DNA of 64,000 nucleotides from Thiohalomonadaceae bacterium (GTDB taxonomy: Bacteria > Pseudomonadota > Gammaproteobacteria > Thiohalomonadales > Thiohalomonadaceae), in the NCBI GenBank assembly GCA_041678005.1, contig JBAYOW010000001.1:24809-88808 (forward strand), read 5' to 3'. Positions 1-10,348 of the stretch are shown here, in pieces. A model generated the notes under the pieces. That model saw only the letters and a list, made by a program, of their open reading frames with translations, made no database searches and was not told where the DNA came from. The number at the start of each line of letters is the position of its first letter. Position 1 is the stretch's first letter. The position numbers and the translations under genes are program-made.

Positions 1-1154
1 AAAGCTATCACGCTGCCTGGCAAGCAAGAGAGCTGGCTCGTCTGCGCAAGGATATGGAAGTTGATGAAATATTTCTTGCTACATTGCTGCATTGTCAGGG
101 GGCAATGCTGCTCTGGTTATACGCCCCTGGCAAGATGGAACAAATAGAAAAGCTGGCCACAGAAAAACAGATACCACACATCCAGGCTCAATATGCAGTA
201 CTGGGGTTTGGCCTTAACCATCTATCCTTGATGTTGGCACGTCGCTGGAACCTCCCATCCCTGTTGCAAGAAAGCCTGAAGTCAGAAAATGCCAAGCAAC
301 CACGGACATACAATATCATGCTGGCTGTGCAACTGGCTCGCGCCGCTGAGCAGGGTTGGTATCATGCAGGAACCACTACCGTCCTGCAGCAATTGTCTGA
401 TTACATGAACCTTGATTTCAGCCAGATAACCAGCAAGTGTCATCGCGTTGCAGTAGAGGCGGCACGCCAAATTATTGAGTGCCCGGCCACGCCAGCGGCC
501 GCACGCCTGATCTATCCCGGCCAGGCCGAAGCAGAGCCAAACTGGACACCTGAAAACACGACTATCACCAATGACCCAGCCACAACAAAGACCGTCCCTA
601 ACAAGGAACCCACAGTGGCCCTCTGTCTATCCCCGCAACTGCATATTCTGCGCCGTAGTCTGCATGAACTGCAGGCAGGCAGCAAAACCAAACGCCTTGA
701 TCTACAGAACATCCTCTCATTAGCCATGGATGCCATGCATGATGGCACAGGGCTGGAACGAGTTGTATTTGCACAGTTATCCCAATATCAACAATTACGT
801 GCGCGAGCTATTGCAGGTGCAGACAATGATCCGGTATTCAGCCGCTTTGTTATCGAGCTGAATACCGACAATCTATTTACCCGCCTGATGCAAAAGCCCC
901 AGGCGATATGGATTAACGACAGCAATCGGGAAAAATTCTGGCCTATAGTGCCCAAGGCGTTCCAGCAGATCATTCGCTGTGACAGCTTCTTCGTCTTGTC
1001 TGTCTTCGTCAATGACAAGCCGATTGGCCTGTTATACGCCGATCGTATAACCAACCACTGCGCCCTGGACAGCCGCGCCTATCATCGTTTCAAGCAAACG
1101 GGATTACTGATAGCCCAAGCCATGGGCAATATGCATGAACAGGCAGATCAGTGA
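1..1154 (+). CDS. HDOD-like signalling protein with C-terminal GAF-like domain; 5' end lies outside the window
   Basis: The frame of ORF 54..1154 stays open back to nt 3 ([17 protein letters not shown]...). FLATLLHxxGxxLL and [19 protein letters not shown] resemble the second half of HDOD domains. The C-terminal ~150 aa look GAF-like. Confidence 0.55.
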   Translation, partial: SYHAAWQARELARLRKDMEVDEIFLATLLHCQGAMLLWLYAPGKMEQIEKLATEKQIPHIQAQYAVLGFGLNHLSLMLARRWNLPSLLQESLKSENAKQPRTYNIMLAVQLARAAEQGWYHAGTTTVLQQLSDYMNLDFSQITSKCHRVAVEAARQIIECPATPAAARLIYPGQAEAEPNWTPENTTITNDPATTKTVPNKEPTVALCLSPQLHILRRSLHELQAGSKTKRLDLQNILSLAMDAMHDGTGLERVVFAQLSQYQQLRARAIAGADNDPVFSRFVIELNTDNLFTRLMQKPQAIWINDSNREKFWPIVPKAFQQIIRCDSFFVLSVFVNDKPIGLLYADRITNHCALDSRAYHRFKQTGLLIAQAMGNMHEQADQ

Positions 1155-1750
1155 TTCACTTCCCGCCGCCCATGAAAGGCGTGCGACAAAGTGCCACCAT
1201 CGACATACTCCAACTCTCCACCCAGTGGTACGCCATGGGCAATACGAGTAGTTCTTATCCCACGCCCGTGCGCCAACTCACTAATGTAATGGGCAGTGGC
1301 CTCCCCCTCCACCGTGGGATTAGTCGCCAGGATCAGTTCACGCACTTCACCACTATCCAGGCGGTGTGCTAACTGATCCAGTCCAATATCATCCGGACCA
1401 ATTCCATCCAGTGGTGACAGATGGCCCAGCAGGACAAAATATAAACCTTTATAACCGGTAGATTGCTCCAGTGCCTGAACGTCGGTAGGGGACTCGACGA
1501 TACACAACAAGGAACGATCGCGACGTGTGCTACAGCATAATGAACAGACTTCATCTTCGGTCAGCGTACGGCAATCACGACAATGCCCAACCCGACTGAT
1601 TGCCTCCAACAATACTTCAGCCAGGCGGCGACCACCCTCACGATTACGCTCCAGCAGATAATAAGTCATACGCTGTGCCGATTTGGGGCCAACCCCTGGC
1701 AGACAGCGCAAGGCCTCGATAAGGCGAGCTACCAGCGGGCTATGTGCCAT
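1148..1750 (-). CDS. recR: recombination protein RecR
   Basis: N-terminal [19 protein letters not shown] helix-hairpin-helix, a C4 zinc finger (CRDC...CSLC) and a Toprim-like C-terminus. Classic dnaX-ybaB-recR order. Confidence 0.95.
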   Translation of the reverse strand: MAHSPLVARLIEALRCLPGVGPKSAQRMTYYLLERNREGGRRLAEVLLEAISRVGHCRDCRTLTEDEVCSLCCSTRRDRSLLCIVESPTDVQALEQSTGYKGLYFVLLGHLSPLDGIGPDDIGLDQLAHRLDSGEVRELILATNPTVEGEATAHYISELAHGRGIRTTRIAHGVPLGGELEYVDGGTLSHAFHGRREVNH

Positions 1751-1752
1751 TT

Positions 1753-2076
1753 TTAGAACGGCAGTTTCATACCTGCTGGCAAATTCATGCCAGCAGTCAA
1801 GCCCGACATCCTTTCCTGACTATTTTTCTCCACCTGACGCACGGCATCATTCACTGCTGCGGCCACAAGATCCTCGAGCATTTCCTTGTCATCCTGCATC
1901 AAACTGGGATCAATGCTCACACGTTTAACATCATGACGACCATTCATCACCACGGACACCATGCCGCCACCGGACTGCCCGGTTACTTCCATCTGCGCCA
2001 ACTCTTCCTGCATGCTCTGCATATCGGCCTGCATTTTTTGCGCCTGACGCATGAGATTGCCCAATCCACCTTTCAT
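1753..2076 (-). CDS. ybaB: nucleoid-associated protein YbaB/EbfC
   Basis: 107 aa starting [16 protein letters not shown]. Lies between dnaX and recR. Confidence 0.93.
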   Translation of the reverse strand: MKGGLGNLMRQAQKMQADMQSMQEELAQMEVTGQSGGGMVSVVMNGRHDVKRVSIDPSLMQDDKEMLEDLVAAAVNDAVRQVEKNSQERMSGLTAGMNLPAGMKLPF

Positions 2077-2102
2077 CGATTTTTCCTCAACAGTTCAATA
2101 TA

Positions 2103-3728
2103 TCAATCCAGAGGCCGCACTGAACCTGGTTCAATACTGCCAGCAAAACGCTCAAGCAAACCCTTTACCTTTTCATCATCTTCAATCGCCCTCTGCGCAC
2201 CATCCTGCCGCAACTGCTCGCGGTGCTGCTGTGCTTTCATTGGCGTCTCATGAGCAAGTTGTTCCTGCAGCCTGATTTCAAGCCGCAAGGGACGAGCAAA
2301 ATACGTTGTCAGAGCCTTGCCCAGTGCATCTTCACTCTTCTTACTTTGCAAGGCATGCTGACCGGCATCCAGCGCCAGCACGATTTTATCGTCAGCGAAC
2401 TCAAACAAAGCACAATTGAGCGCCAACTGCCGAGCCAGACCCGACAACGGCAAGGCGGCTGCTACTTCGTGCCAGTCAAAATCATCGCTGACCGGCTGTT
2501 TTACTTTCGTCACATCTGACGGAGCCGACACGCTTGCAGCAATAACAGGCGTTATTTCAGTTGGCTTTACCGCCACCGGCCTGCGTGAACTACCGACAGA
2601 AACAACAGTCTTGCTGGTATTTGTTGGTTCCCGACCAGCTGTGCCAGCAGGACGAAAGGCCAGCATACGCAACAAAACCATATCAAAGCCACCACGCGGG
2701 TCAGGTGCCAGGTGCAAATCTCGTCGACCAGTCAAACCAATCTGATAGAAAAGCTGCACATCTTCCGGCGTAATGATCTGTGCCAGCTCAAGCAAGGCCT
2801 CACGATGCTCCACATCCTCACCCAAGGCGGCAGGAACCGCCTGCGCCAGGGCGATTTGCAACAAAGAGCTATTCAATTCATTGAGTACACCGGCGTAATC
2901 AGGCGATAGCTCGGCCAATGCCGCAGCCTCAGCCAGCAACACCGCAGCATCACCCGATGCCAGTGCATGCAACAAGGCTATCACCCGCGTGCGATCAATC
3001 GTGCCTAATAGACCACGCACCGATTCTGCCTCCAGTACACCGCCACCATGTGCAATCGCCTGATCGAGCAGACTCAGTGCATCGCGTATGCTGCCATCGG
3101 CAGCACGCGCAATCTCACTGAGCGCAGCTGGCTCTGCCGTAATGTTCTCATCTTGCAGAATGGTCTGCAGATGATCGCGAATTTGTGTCAGCGACAAGCG
3201 CTTGAGATTGAATTGCAAACAACGGGAAAGTATCGTCACTGGCAGCTTTTGTGGATCCGTGGTCGCCAGCAAAAATTTGATATGCGGGGGCGGCTCTTCC
3301 AGCGTCTTCAGCAATGCATTGAAGCTATGATTGGAAAGCATGTGCACCTCATCGATGAGATACACCTTATAGCGGCCACGACTGGGGGCATACTGCACGT
3401 TATCGAGTAGCTCACGCGTATCCTCGACTTTGGTACGCGAAGCAGCATCCACCTCGATGAGATCAATAAAACGTCCCTCATCAATCTCCCGGCAGGCACC
3501 ACATTCACCACAAGGCTGAGAAGACACACCGCGCTCACAATTAAGCGCCTTGGCCAGAATGCGCGCAATGGTGGTCTTGCCTACCCCACGAGTACCAGTA
3601 AACAAAAAGGCATGATGCAGACGGTCGTTATCCAGGGCATTGATCAGGGCACGCAATACATGCTCCTGCCCAACCAGGGTAGAAAAATTGCGTGGGCGCC
3701 ATTTGCGTGCGAGAACCTGATAACTCAC
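2103..3728 (-). CDS. dnaX: DNA polymerase III subunit gamma/tau
   Basis: SYQVLARKWRPRNFSTLVGQEH, Walker A GTRGVGKTT, zinc module CGECGACREI, Walker B YLIDEVHML. I trimmed the start to the GTG at 3728, which has GGAG 9 nt upstream; the track ORF extends to 3803. Confidence 0.93.
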   Translation of the reverse strand: MSYQVLARKWRPRNFSTLVGQEHVLRALINALDNDRLHHAFLFTGTRGVGKTTIARILAKALNCERGVSSQPCGECGACREIDEGRFIDLIEVDAASRTKVEDTRELLDNVQYAPSRGRYKVYLIDEVHMLSNHSFNALLKTLEEPPPHIKFLLATTDPQKLPVTILSRCLQFNLKRLSLTQIRDHLQTILQDENITAEPAALSEIARAADGSIRDALSLLDQAIAHGGGVLEAESVRGLLGTIDRTRVIALLHALASGDAAVLLAEAAALAELSPDYAGVLNELNSSLLQIALAQAVPAALGEDVEHREALLELAQIITPEDVQLFYQIGLTGRRDLHLAPDPRGGFDMVLLRMLAFRPAGTAGREPTNTSKTVVSVGSSRRPVAVKPTEITPVIAASVSAPSDVTKVKQPVSDDFDWHEVAAALPLSGLARQLALNCALFEFADDKIVLALDAGQHALQSKKSEDALGKALTTYFARPLRLEIRLQEQLAHETPMKAQQHREQLRQDGAQRAIEDDEKVKGLLERFAGSIEPGSVRPLD

Positions 3729-3841
3729 GGGTACACTATTCTCCAATAGATACCCCAGCAAGAACCGTGCTGAGGATGGCCAAAGTATACCTTGGCAAAC
3801 CAACAGAGATCACAAACAGACCATCAGACTCAAAATTAGGT

Positions 3842-3953
3842 GGCGTTCCGTACCAGCCACACCCCGGCGCCCGAGTCCACTGTTACGGCTGCTCCCTTCC
3901 GGGCCTGACCGGGTTCACAGTCTGTCGTCGCGAGGGGACCGGCACGGCCCGCC
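3842..3953 (-). ncRNA. ffs: signal recognition particle RNA (4.5S, small bacterial type)
   Basis: The minus strand reads ...ACCCGGUCAGGCCCGGAAGGGAGCAGCC..., the conserved domain IV motif (E. coli has GGUCAGGUCCGGAAGGAAGCAGCC). The 5' GGCGGGCCGUGCC and 3' GGUACGGAACGCC ends can pair. Sits just upstream of dnaX. The ends are approximate. Confidence 0.85.
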
Positions 3954-4009
3954 ATTGAACTCAAGGAAGCTATACTAAATATCGAACAATTCTGAAGCCA
4001 CAAGAAAAT

Positions 4010-4100
4010 TGGCGGAGAGGAAGGGATTTGAACCCTTGATACGCTATAAACGTATACACGCTTTCCAGGCGTGCTCCTTCAACCACTCGGACACCTCTCC
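4010..4100 (-). tRNA. tRNA-Ser (anticodon GGA), long variable arm, encoded CCA
   Basis: The minus strand reads GGAGAGGTGTCCGAGTGGTTGAAGGAGCACGCCTGGAAAGCGTGT...GGTTCAAATCCCTTCCTCTCCGCCA. It has a 7-bp acceptor stem, anticodon loop CUGGAAA, a long extra arm and a T-loop GGTTCAAATCC. Confidence 0.93.
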
Positions 4101-4289
4101 AGGAAACGCGCAAGGTTAAACCAGAACAGCAAGTCAAGCAATACACCAGCCCCTGATACTATCCAAATATATGCGCGCTCTGGCGAGGTGGAACATACAA
4201 TCTACTGGGTCTTAGTACATATCTGGCAAAAACGACCCTACCCAGCCATTCACATTAAGCATGTGTATGATGGTTTATCTGATAGTCAA

Positions 4290-4772
4290 CTAAACCCCAT
4301 GCCGACTACGGATATCTTCCAGCAAACCTGCGGCAGCGGCCTCGACCATGTCAAAGACCCGCTCAAAGCCTTCTGCACCACCGTAGTATGGATCCGGCAC
4401 TTCGCGTTCAGCCATGTGCGGGGCAAACTCCATAAACAGACGCAACCTATGCTCCTGCCCTTCAGGGCACAACTCAGAGAGTAAAGAGTAATTATCCCTA
4501 TCCATCGCAAGGATATAATCAAATAAAAGAAAATCCTCACGCACGGCCTTGCGAGCGCGTTGTACGCTTAAGTCTATCCCGTGTCTTTTGGATGTTTCTT
4601 GTGCACGACTATCGGGTTGCTTACCTATGTGATATGCGTGAGTACCAGCTGAATCCACCTGGATCCTGTCGGCAAGTCCTGCCTCACACACCAGGTGTTC
4701 AAAATAACCATGAGCCATGGGCGAACGACAAATGTTTCCCATGCAAACCATTAAAACACTTATTTTTTTCAT
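4290..4772 (-). CDS. ptp: low-molecular-weight protein-tyrosine phosphatase
   Basis: CX5R(S) P-loop VCMGNICRSP near the N-terminus and a DPYY motif. 160 aa. Confidence 0.9.
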   Translation of the reverse strand: MKKISVLMVCMGNICRSPMAHGYFEHLVCEAGLADRIQVDSAGTHAYHIGKQPDSRAQETSKRHGIDLSVQRARKAVREDFLLFDYILAMDRDNYSLLSELCPEGQEHRLRLFMEFAPHMAEREVPDPYYGGAEGFERVFDMVEAAAAGLLEDIRSRHGV

Positions 4773-4983
4773 GTCACCAAATCATCTGAAGTGGGTTGCA
4801 ATAAGGACTACTGAGCAAATATTACATATTATCCATCTTACCAGATAGGCAAAAACTTGCGAGTTGTTGCCAACTTCTCATGTTCCTGGTTATTTATATT
4901 CTTGATTATTCAACGGACCAGATCGGCAACAATAGGAATGAATTGCTACACTCAAGAAGATGTCACCAATCAGGAGAAAGGCC

Positions 4984-5250
4984 ATGAACTGTCGCCAGCT
5001 GACACTAGCCCAATTGAGTCGCCTGGTAGGGCAGCCAACTATACATAACGGCGCATCCTGTCATGTTATCGAGGTATTGGCCGAAGGCCCGACCCTGGTG
5101 CTACAAGACGATGGCTGCAATACTGAGATTCAGGACAACCGCTTCGGCGAACCCAATCGTAGTGTACCGCGCACCTATATTGTACCGCTGCTGGAAGGCG
5201 AGGAGTTGAACCCTGATTTTATTCTATTGAATCTACTGGACTGTAACTGA
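4984..5250 (+). CDS. hypothetical small protein (88 aa) with no recognisable family
   Basis: ATG at 4984 is preceded by AGGAGAAAGG. The track ORF starts earlier, at 4960. It lies in an AT-rich gap, and its 3' end overlaps the convergent kdsB by 18 nt. Confidence 0.4.
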   Translation: MNCRQLTLAQLSRLVGQPTIHNGASCHVIEVLAEGPTLVLQDDGCNTEIQDNRFGEPNRSVPRTYIVPLLEGEELNPDFILLNLLDCN

Positions 5251-6009
5251 GCCAGCAGCCAATACCCGCCGCACACGCGCCAAATCATCTGGCGTGTCCA
5301 CTCCAGCAGCCGGCTCTACTTTCGCTACGCCCACATGAATACCCGACCCATGCCACAATACACGTAATTGCTCCAGTGACTCGATCCCTTCAAGCGGCGA
5401 GGCGGGCAACGTAACATAGCGTTTCAGATAGCCAACACGATAAGCGTACACACCAAGATGGCGATAGTGCGTCGTCTGTGTCGGCAATTCGGTCGTGCTC
5501 ACAGCAAAGGCATCGCGATGCCAGGGTATAGGCGCGCGACTGAAATAGAGCGCCATACCGGCCTGATTCATTACTACCTTCACCGTGTGCGGGTTGAATA
5601 TCTCATCTACTGTTTTAATGCGTGTACACAAGGTGGCTACTTCAGCTTGTGCCTGCGCGGCCAGATTCTCGGCCACCTGTCTTAACAACTCCGGCGGCAT
5701 CAGTGGCTCATCGCCCTGTAGATTAACCACGATCTCATCGTCGTCATAACCCTGGTTTTGCACTACATCAGCAAGGCGCTCACTGCCTGATTGATGCTCC
5801 ACCGAGGTCAAGCAAACATCTGCACCAAAATGATTAGCTGCTTTGACGATACGCATATCATCGGTGGCGATCAGCACACTGTCAGCACCAGAGGCCAGAG
5901 CAGCTTCATATACATGCTGCAACATAGGCTTGCCCGCGATCTCCAGCAAGGGTTTGCCAGGCAACCGCGTAGATGCATAGCGAGCTGGGATGAGCACACG
6001 AAAGAACAT
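5233..6009 (-). CDS. kdsB: 3-deoxy-manno-octulosonate cytidylyltransferase
   Basis: N-terminal IPARYASTRLPGKPL and full-length KdsB-like sequence. Sits in the lpxK-ycaR-kdsB context. Confidence 0.93.
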   Translation of the reverse strand: MFFRVLIPARYASTRLPGKPLLEIAGKPMLQHVYEAALASGADSVLIATDDMRIVKAANHFGADVCLTSVEHQSGSERLADVVQNQGYDDDEIVVNLQGDEPLMPPELLRQVAENLAAQAQAEVATLCTRIKTVDEIFNPHTVKVVMNQAGMALYFSRAPIPWHRDAFAVSTTELPTQTTHYRHLGVYAYRVGYLKRYVTLPASPLEGIESLEQLRVLWHGSGIHVGVAKVEPAAGVDTPDDLARVRRVLAAGSVTVQ

Positions 6010-6188
6010 TACACTTCCTCGTCTGCCGCCAGCTGGCGCGCTTCATCTTCCAGCATTACCGGAATATCATCACGGATCGGATAGGCCAGTCGATCAGCCT
6101 TGCAGATCAATTCATGCTGTTCTTTTTTATAAAGCAAAGGCCCTTTGCACAGAGGACATACAAGAATATTCAGTAGTTTTTTATCCAT
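6009..6188 (-). CDS. ycaR: Trm112/YcaR family small zinc-ribbon protein
   Basis: [18 protein letters not shown]...IPVML. Trimmed to the ATG at 6188, which has GAGGTGAGAG upstream. Confidence 0.85.
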   Translation of the reverse strand: MDKKLLNILVCPLCKGPLLYKKEQHELICKADRLAYPIRDDIPVMLEDEARQLAADEEV

Positions 6189-6193
6189 AGCTC

Positions 6194-7162
6194 TCACCTC
6201 GCCAACAGAGTAAGCAGTTGCTGGCCAAACTTATTCGCCAATTGTGCCGTAACGGTCACAGCCCAACATCTATCGTCCGCAAATACCCGACATTTCACGC
6301 CATCCTTTTCTGTCATCAACACCGGCAGATCATCAGCAAACTGCAAATCAGCTACGCTATAGCGGTAATGATCGGGAAAGGCGTGCTCGATCACTTCGAT
6401 ACCGTGCTCACGCAATAGCTGAAAAAAACGTGCTGGATTACCTATGCCAGCCACGGCATGCACGGTCTGGCCACGAAAAAATTCCAAACTTTGGCTGTCA
6501 CCATCATGCAGTCGCTGCACTACTTGAGGCTGTAGCAGCATCTGCTGCTCGCACTCTTTAGCCACCCCGTTGGCAACGCGCAAATCCACCTCAGCTAACC
6601 TGCTAGCTGGTTCACGCAAGGGGCCGGCTGGCAAACAAAAGCCATTGCCCAGACGTCGACTACCATCCAGTACAGCAATCTCGATGTCTCGTTGCAAACA
6701 ATAATGCTGCATGCCATCGTCAGAAATAATGATGTTGCAATCATGCTCTTGCAAAAGAGCTCTGGCCGCAGCCACTCGATCAGGCCCCACCATCATCGGA
6801 CAAGCAGTGCGCTGCACCGTCAACACCGGCTCATCACCGACCAGACGCGGGTCAGAATCAGCCCTGACTGGCTGTGGCCAGTGTGCGGCCAATCCACCAT
6901 AACCACGGCTGACAATACCTGGCCGCCAACCATTGGCCTGCAACCACTCGGCCAGCCAGATAACCAATGGCGTCTTGCCGCTGCCGCCCGCGGTGATATT
7001 GCCCACCACAATAACTGGCACGGGCATGCGCACACTGCGCCACCAGCCTTGCCGATACGCCTGACGGCGTAACATTGCCAGCAGGCAAAACAGGCCAGCC
7101 AAGGGCAAGAGCAGCAGCGCAATGGGATTAATGCTGTACCAATAATGATCAAGCCGTCGCAT
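6194..7162 (-). CDS. lpxK: tetraacyldisaccharide 4'-kinase
   Basis: P-loop [13 protein letters not shown] followed by VSRGYGG. Confidence 0.92.
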   Translation of the reverse strand: MRRLDHYWYSINPIALLLLPLAGLFCLLAMLRRQAYRQGWWRSVRMPVPVIVVGNITAGGSGKTPLVIWLAEWLQANGWRPGIVSRGYGGLAAHWPQPVRADSDPRLVGDEPVLTVQRTACPMMVGPDRVAAARALLQEHDCNIIISDDGMQHYCLQRDIEIAVLDGSRRLGNGFCLPAGPLREPASRLAEVDLRVANGVAKECEQQMLLQPQVVQRLHDGDSQSLEFFRGQTVHAVAGIGNPARFFQLLREHGIEVIEHAFPDHYRYSVADLQFADDLPVLMTEKDGVKCRVFADDRCWAVTVTAQLANKFGQQLLTLLAR

Positions 7163-7174
7163 TACAACGCCCTA

Positions 7175-8968
7175 TCAATTATCTTTACTCGATTGTTCAG
7201 CAGCAGCCTCGTCGGGAGCTGTTTGAAACTGCAAACGATGCAAGGCTGCATAGTGTTTATTTAACGCCAGTAATTCCCGATGTGTCCCCATCTCAACAAT
7301 ACGGCCCTTATCCATAACCACGATGCGATCCGCCTTTTCTATCGTCGATAGGCGATGGGCGATCACCAGGGTAGTACGATTCTGCATGACGGCCTCCAGC
7401 GCCTGCTGTATATGCCGTTCGGAATGAGTATCCAGGGCAGAGGTTGCCTCGTCCAGGATCAGGATCGGGGCATTTTTCAGCAGTGCGCGAGCAATTGCTA
7501 TGCGCTGGCGTTGACCACCAGAGAGCAACACACCATTTTCCCCAACCAGCGTATCCAGACCCTGCGGCAGATCGCGAATAAATTCCATCGCATGCGCCGT
7601 CTCTGCGGCTTGTGCTATTTCTTCACGCGATGCCTCGCCCGTGCTGCCATAGGCGATATTGCGCGCAATCGTATCGTTGAACAACACGATATGCTGGCTC
7701 ACCAGGGCAATCTGATCGCGCAAACTACTTAGTTTCAGCGCACTAATATCCACGCCATCGAGCAGGATCTGCCCGTGCTGGACATCATAGAAACGTGGCA
7801 ACAGGCTGACTATGGTGGACTTGCCGCTACCAGATCGACCTACCAAGGCCACAGTCTGACCAGGTTCGATCTGCAGATTCACATTATGCAATACAGTTGG
7901 CTGTTCAGGCGTGTACTGAAATGAAACATCCCTGAACTCCACCCTGCCAGCAGCACGCGCCAACTCTTGTTTACCCTCATCCACTTCCACTGGAGTATCG
8001 ACAAAGCCAAATATACTTTCAGCAGCGGCAAGACCTCGTTGCAGCACCACGGCCACCCGTGTCAAACGCTTAGTAGGCGCATACATCATCATCATCGCGG
8101 CAATAAACGAGACAAAAGTACCAGGCGTGATCTGCTCCAGCATGGTATCTGTAGTTGCCAGATAAATTATTCCCGCCGAGCCCAGGGCAGTGATGAACTG
8201 CACCAAAGGCGAACTGGCTGCCACCTGCGATTCCAGCCGCAGGGACAAGCGGCGATTGCGCTCATTGACCTCATTAAAACGCTCAGTCTCATATTCCTGG
8301 CCACCAAAGACCTTGACCACACGCTGGGCCATGACAACCTCTTCAGTAACATGCGCAACATCACCGACAGAATGTTGAATCCTTGAGCTATAACGACGGG
8401 CATAACCACTGATCACAGCAATGACCTTAGCGATTACCGGCGCGGCAATAAATAGAACCAAGGCTAATTGCCAGCTGAGATAAAGCAGCCAGGCCAACAA
8501 GGCAATAACGACAAAAACATCACGCACCAAAGTAGTGATCACCTCGGTACTGGCTGAGGAAACCTGTTCCACATCGTAAATCAGTTTAGACACCAAAGTG
8601 CCGGAAGCAATGCTATCGAAATAACTTACCGGCAAACGCAATAAATGGCGAAACATCTCGCCACGCAAAGCTTGAATGACGCGTCGCGCCACCCACTGCA
8701 TACCCATCGTCGAGGTATAACTGGCCAGGCCACTAATAAAAAACAGCAGCACCATGGCAACTGGTGTCCATTTGATAACCAGGCTGTCACGATCAACAAA
8801 GGCGCCATCCATCAATGGCTTGAGCAATGCAGCAAAAGCAACTTCAGTAGCTGCCGTCACCAGTAAAGCAAAGATAGTCAGGATAAAAACACGCCAATAA
8901 GGCTGTACATAACGCAGCAGGCGGCGATAAAGCTGCGCTGAATGTAGCGGAATTTTGCTAGCACACAT
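7175..8968 (-). CDS. msbA: lipid A export ABC transporter permease/ATPase
   Basis: Six-TM N-terminal half. Walker A GRSGSGKST, signature LSGGQRQR, Walker B ILILDEATSALD. Lies upstream of lpxK. Confidence 0.9.
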   Translation of the reverse strand: MCASKIPLHSAQLYRRLLRYVQPYWRVFILTIFALLVTAATEVAFAALLKPLMDGAFVDRDSLVIKWTPVAMVLLFFISGLASYTSTMGMQWVARRVIQALRGEMFRHLLRLPVSYFDSIASGTLVSKLIYDVEQVSSASTEVITTLVRDVFVVIALLAWLLYLSWQLALVLFIAAPVIAKVIAVISGYARRYSSRIQHSVGDVAHVTEEVVMAQRVVKVFGGQEYETERFNEVNERNRRLSLRLESQVAASSPLVQFITALGSAGIIYLATTDTMLEQITPGTFVSFIAAMMMMYAPTKRLTRVAVVLQRGLAAAESIFGFVDTPVEVDEGKQELARAAGRVEFRDVSFQYTPEQPTVLHNVNLQIEPGQTVALVGRSGSGKSTIVSLLPRFYDVQHGQILLDGVDISALKLSSLRDQIALVSQHIVLFNDTIARNIAYGSTGEASREEIAQAAETAHAMEFIRDLPQGLDTLVGENGVLLSGGQRQRIAIARALLKNAPILILDEATSALDTHSERHIQQALEAVMQNRTTLVIAHRLSTIEKADRIVVMDKGRIVEMGTHRELLALNKHYAALHRLQFQTAPDEAAAEQSSKDN

Positions 8969-9217
8969 ATTTCACCATGAAATGCAGATGAGGGCGTAGT
9001 TAATACGCCTCGAGGCTAATGCGTGAAGTAGCGAAATAGTAGTTCCCTTGCGACACGGGGCAACAGGATAATCGGCTCGCAGACCAAACCAATGCTGTGC
9101 TATTGAGAAAAAGCAAACAACCATTTTGGCTTTCATTTAAATAGATACAATTCATCGTGATTTCAATAAAGACGGCTTTTACTCACATTCTGGTGAAATA
9201 TACAAGCCAGACACAAT

Positions 9218-9640
9218 TCACTGTTCCTCGGCAGGCTGGCTGGTAGCAAAAGTCAGCTGATAAAAACCCAACTGACGTGCGGCGTCCATCGCCTTGATCA
9301 CGGCCTCGTGAGGCGTACGCCGATCGGCGCTCAGGATCACCTGTGGCTTTTGTTCATCACCTGCTGCCCTGGCGATAGCATGTTTCAGTGTTGCCAATTG
9401 TGTGTTGATAACTTCCTCACGATTGATAAAAAACCGTCCTTCACCATCGATACTGATTTCCACAACCTTGCGCTCACTATGCAGGATCTCTCCGCTCGCC
9501 TCTGGTAAATCAATGGCAATTTCAGTCTCGCGGTTAAAGGTGGTAGAGACCATAAAAAAGATCAGTAACAAAAAGACGACACCAATAAGTGGAGTCAGAT
9601 TGACATCAGGCTCCTCGCGTCGTTTAGCTTGAAAATTCAC
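9218..9640 (-). CDS. exbD: ExbD/TolR family biopolymer transport protein
   Basis: 140 aa with a single TM (LTPLIGVVFLLLIFFMV) and a periplasmic domain. Overlaps the exbB stop by 4 nt. Confidence 0.85.
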   Translation of the reverse strand: MNFQAKRREEPDVNLTPLIGVVFLLLIFFMVSTTFNRETEIAIDLPEASGEILHSERKVVEISIDGEGRFFINREEVINTQLATLKHAIARAAGDEQKPQVILSADRRTPHEAVIKAMDAARQLGFYQLTFATSQPAEEQ

Positions 9641-10263
9641 CCTGCCACATCTCCTGCCTCACGTTCACCGTGGATGACCTCCACCAACTTGAGCGCCTCC
9701 TCCTCCATGCGCAGTGCCAATGCATCCACCTTGCCGCGAAAATAGCGATAAAACATCAAGCTGGGAATGGCGACCGTAAGACCTGCTGCCGTAGTTATCA
9801 ATGCCTCGGAAATGCCGCCCGCCAGCACACCAGGATTACCCGTGCCCTGAATAGTGATCGCAGTAAATACCTTGATCATGCCAAAGACTGTACCCAGCAG
9901 ACCAAGTAATGGCGAAATGGATGAGATCGTACCCAAGGTGTTGAGATAACGTTCCAGCTCCTGCACTGCCTGCCGCCCTGCTTCCTCCAGGCTCTCCTTC
10001 ATTACCTCACGGCTGTGATGCATATTGAGCAAACCTGCCGCCAACACGCGGCCCAAAGGTGAGCTACTACGCAAAGCCACGACCTGCTTATTGCCGAGTT
10101 GATTGGATTTGCACAACTGCCAGACCTGGCCAACCAGATTTCCTGGCACCACTTTTGACTCACGCAAAGACCAAATCCGCTCGCCCACAATGGCCAACGC
10201 CAGAATGGAGCACAAGATGATGGGCACCATCAGCCAGCCACCAGCAACAATAATCTCAAACAC
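9637..10263 (-). CDS. exbB: MotA/TolQ/ExbB proton-channel protein
   Basis: Three TM segments and a conserved LLGLLGTVFGMI ... ALITTAAGL core. The start codon is GTG. Confidence 0.85.
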   Translation of the reverse strand: MFEIIVAGGWLMVPIILCSILALAIVGERIWSLRESKVVPGNLVGQVWQLCKSNQLGNKQVVALRSSSPLGRVLAAGLLNMHHSREVMKESLEEAGRQAVQELERYLNTLGTISSISPLLGLLGTVFGMIKVFTAITIQGTGNPGVLAGGISEALITTAAGLTVAIPSLMFYRYFRGKVDALALRMEEEALKLVEVIHGEREAGDVAG

Positions 10264-10348
10264 CTGTCACGCCCTTATCTACTCATATATAAATGTGCCT
10301 ACACTTTAGCAAACTGACACAAGGTAAAACCATTGCCAAACAATAATT

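Noticed and set aside
2103-3728. Possible programmed -1 frameshift site in dnaX (gamma subunit production, as in E. coli).
   Set aside because: By eye I found no A AAA AAG heptamer on the coding strand (no CTTTTTT on the plus strand). The protein has no Lys-Lys at the equivalent position.
4812-4840. An AT-rich quasi-palindrome (GAGCAAATATTACATATTATCCATC) that superficially resembles a dif/XerCD site.
   Set aside because: Neither arm matches the conserved XerD arm (TTATGTTAAAT) or the XerC arm in either orientation.
4010-5250. A possible integrative island at tRNA-Ser.
   Set aside because: I saw no integrase, no direct repeat of the tRNA 3' end, and no phage or plasmid genes. Only one small orphan ORF lies nearby.
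8969-9217. A 249-bp intergenic region between exbD and msbA, with an imperfect hairpin (GAGGCGTA..TACGCCCTC) near 8990-9020 and an 8-nt inverted match (ATTTCACC/GGTGAAAT) at its two ends.
   Set aside because: There is no U-tract, no recognisable RNA family and no repeat elsewhere in the window. That is not enough evidence to call a feature.
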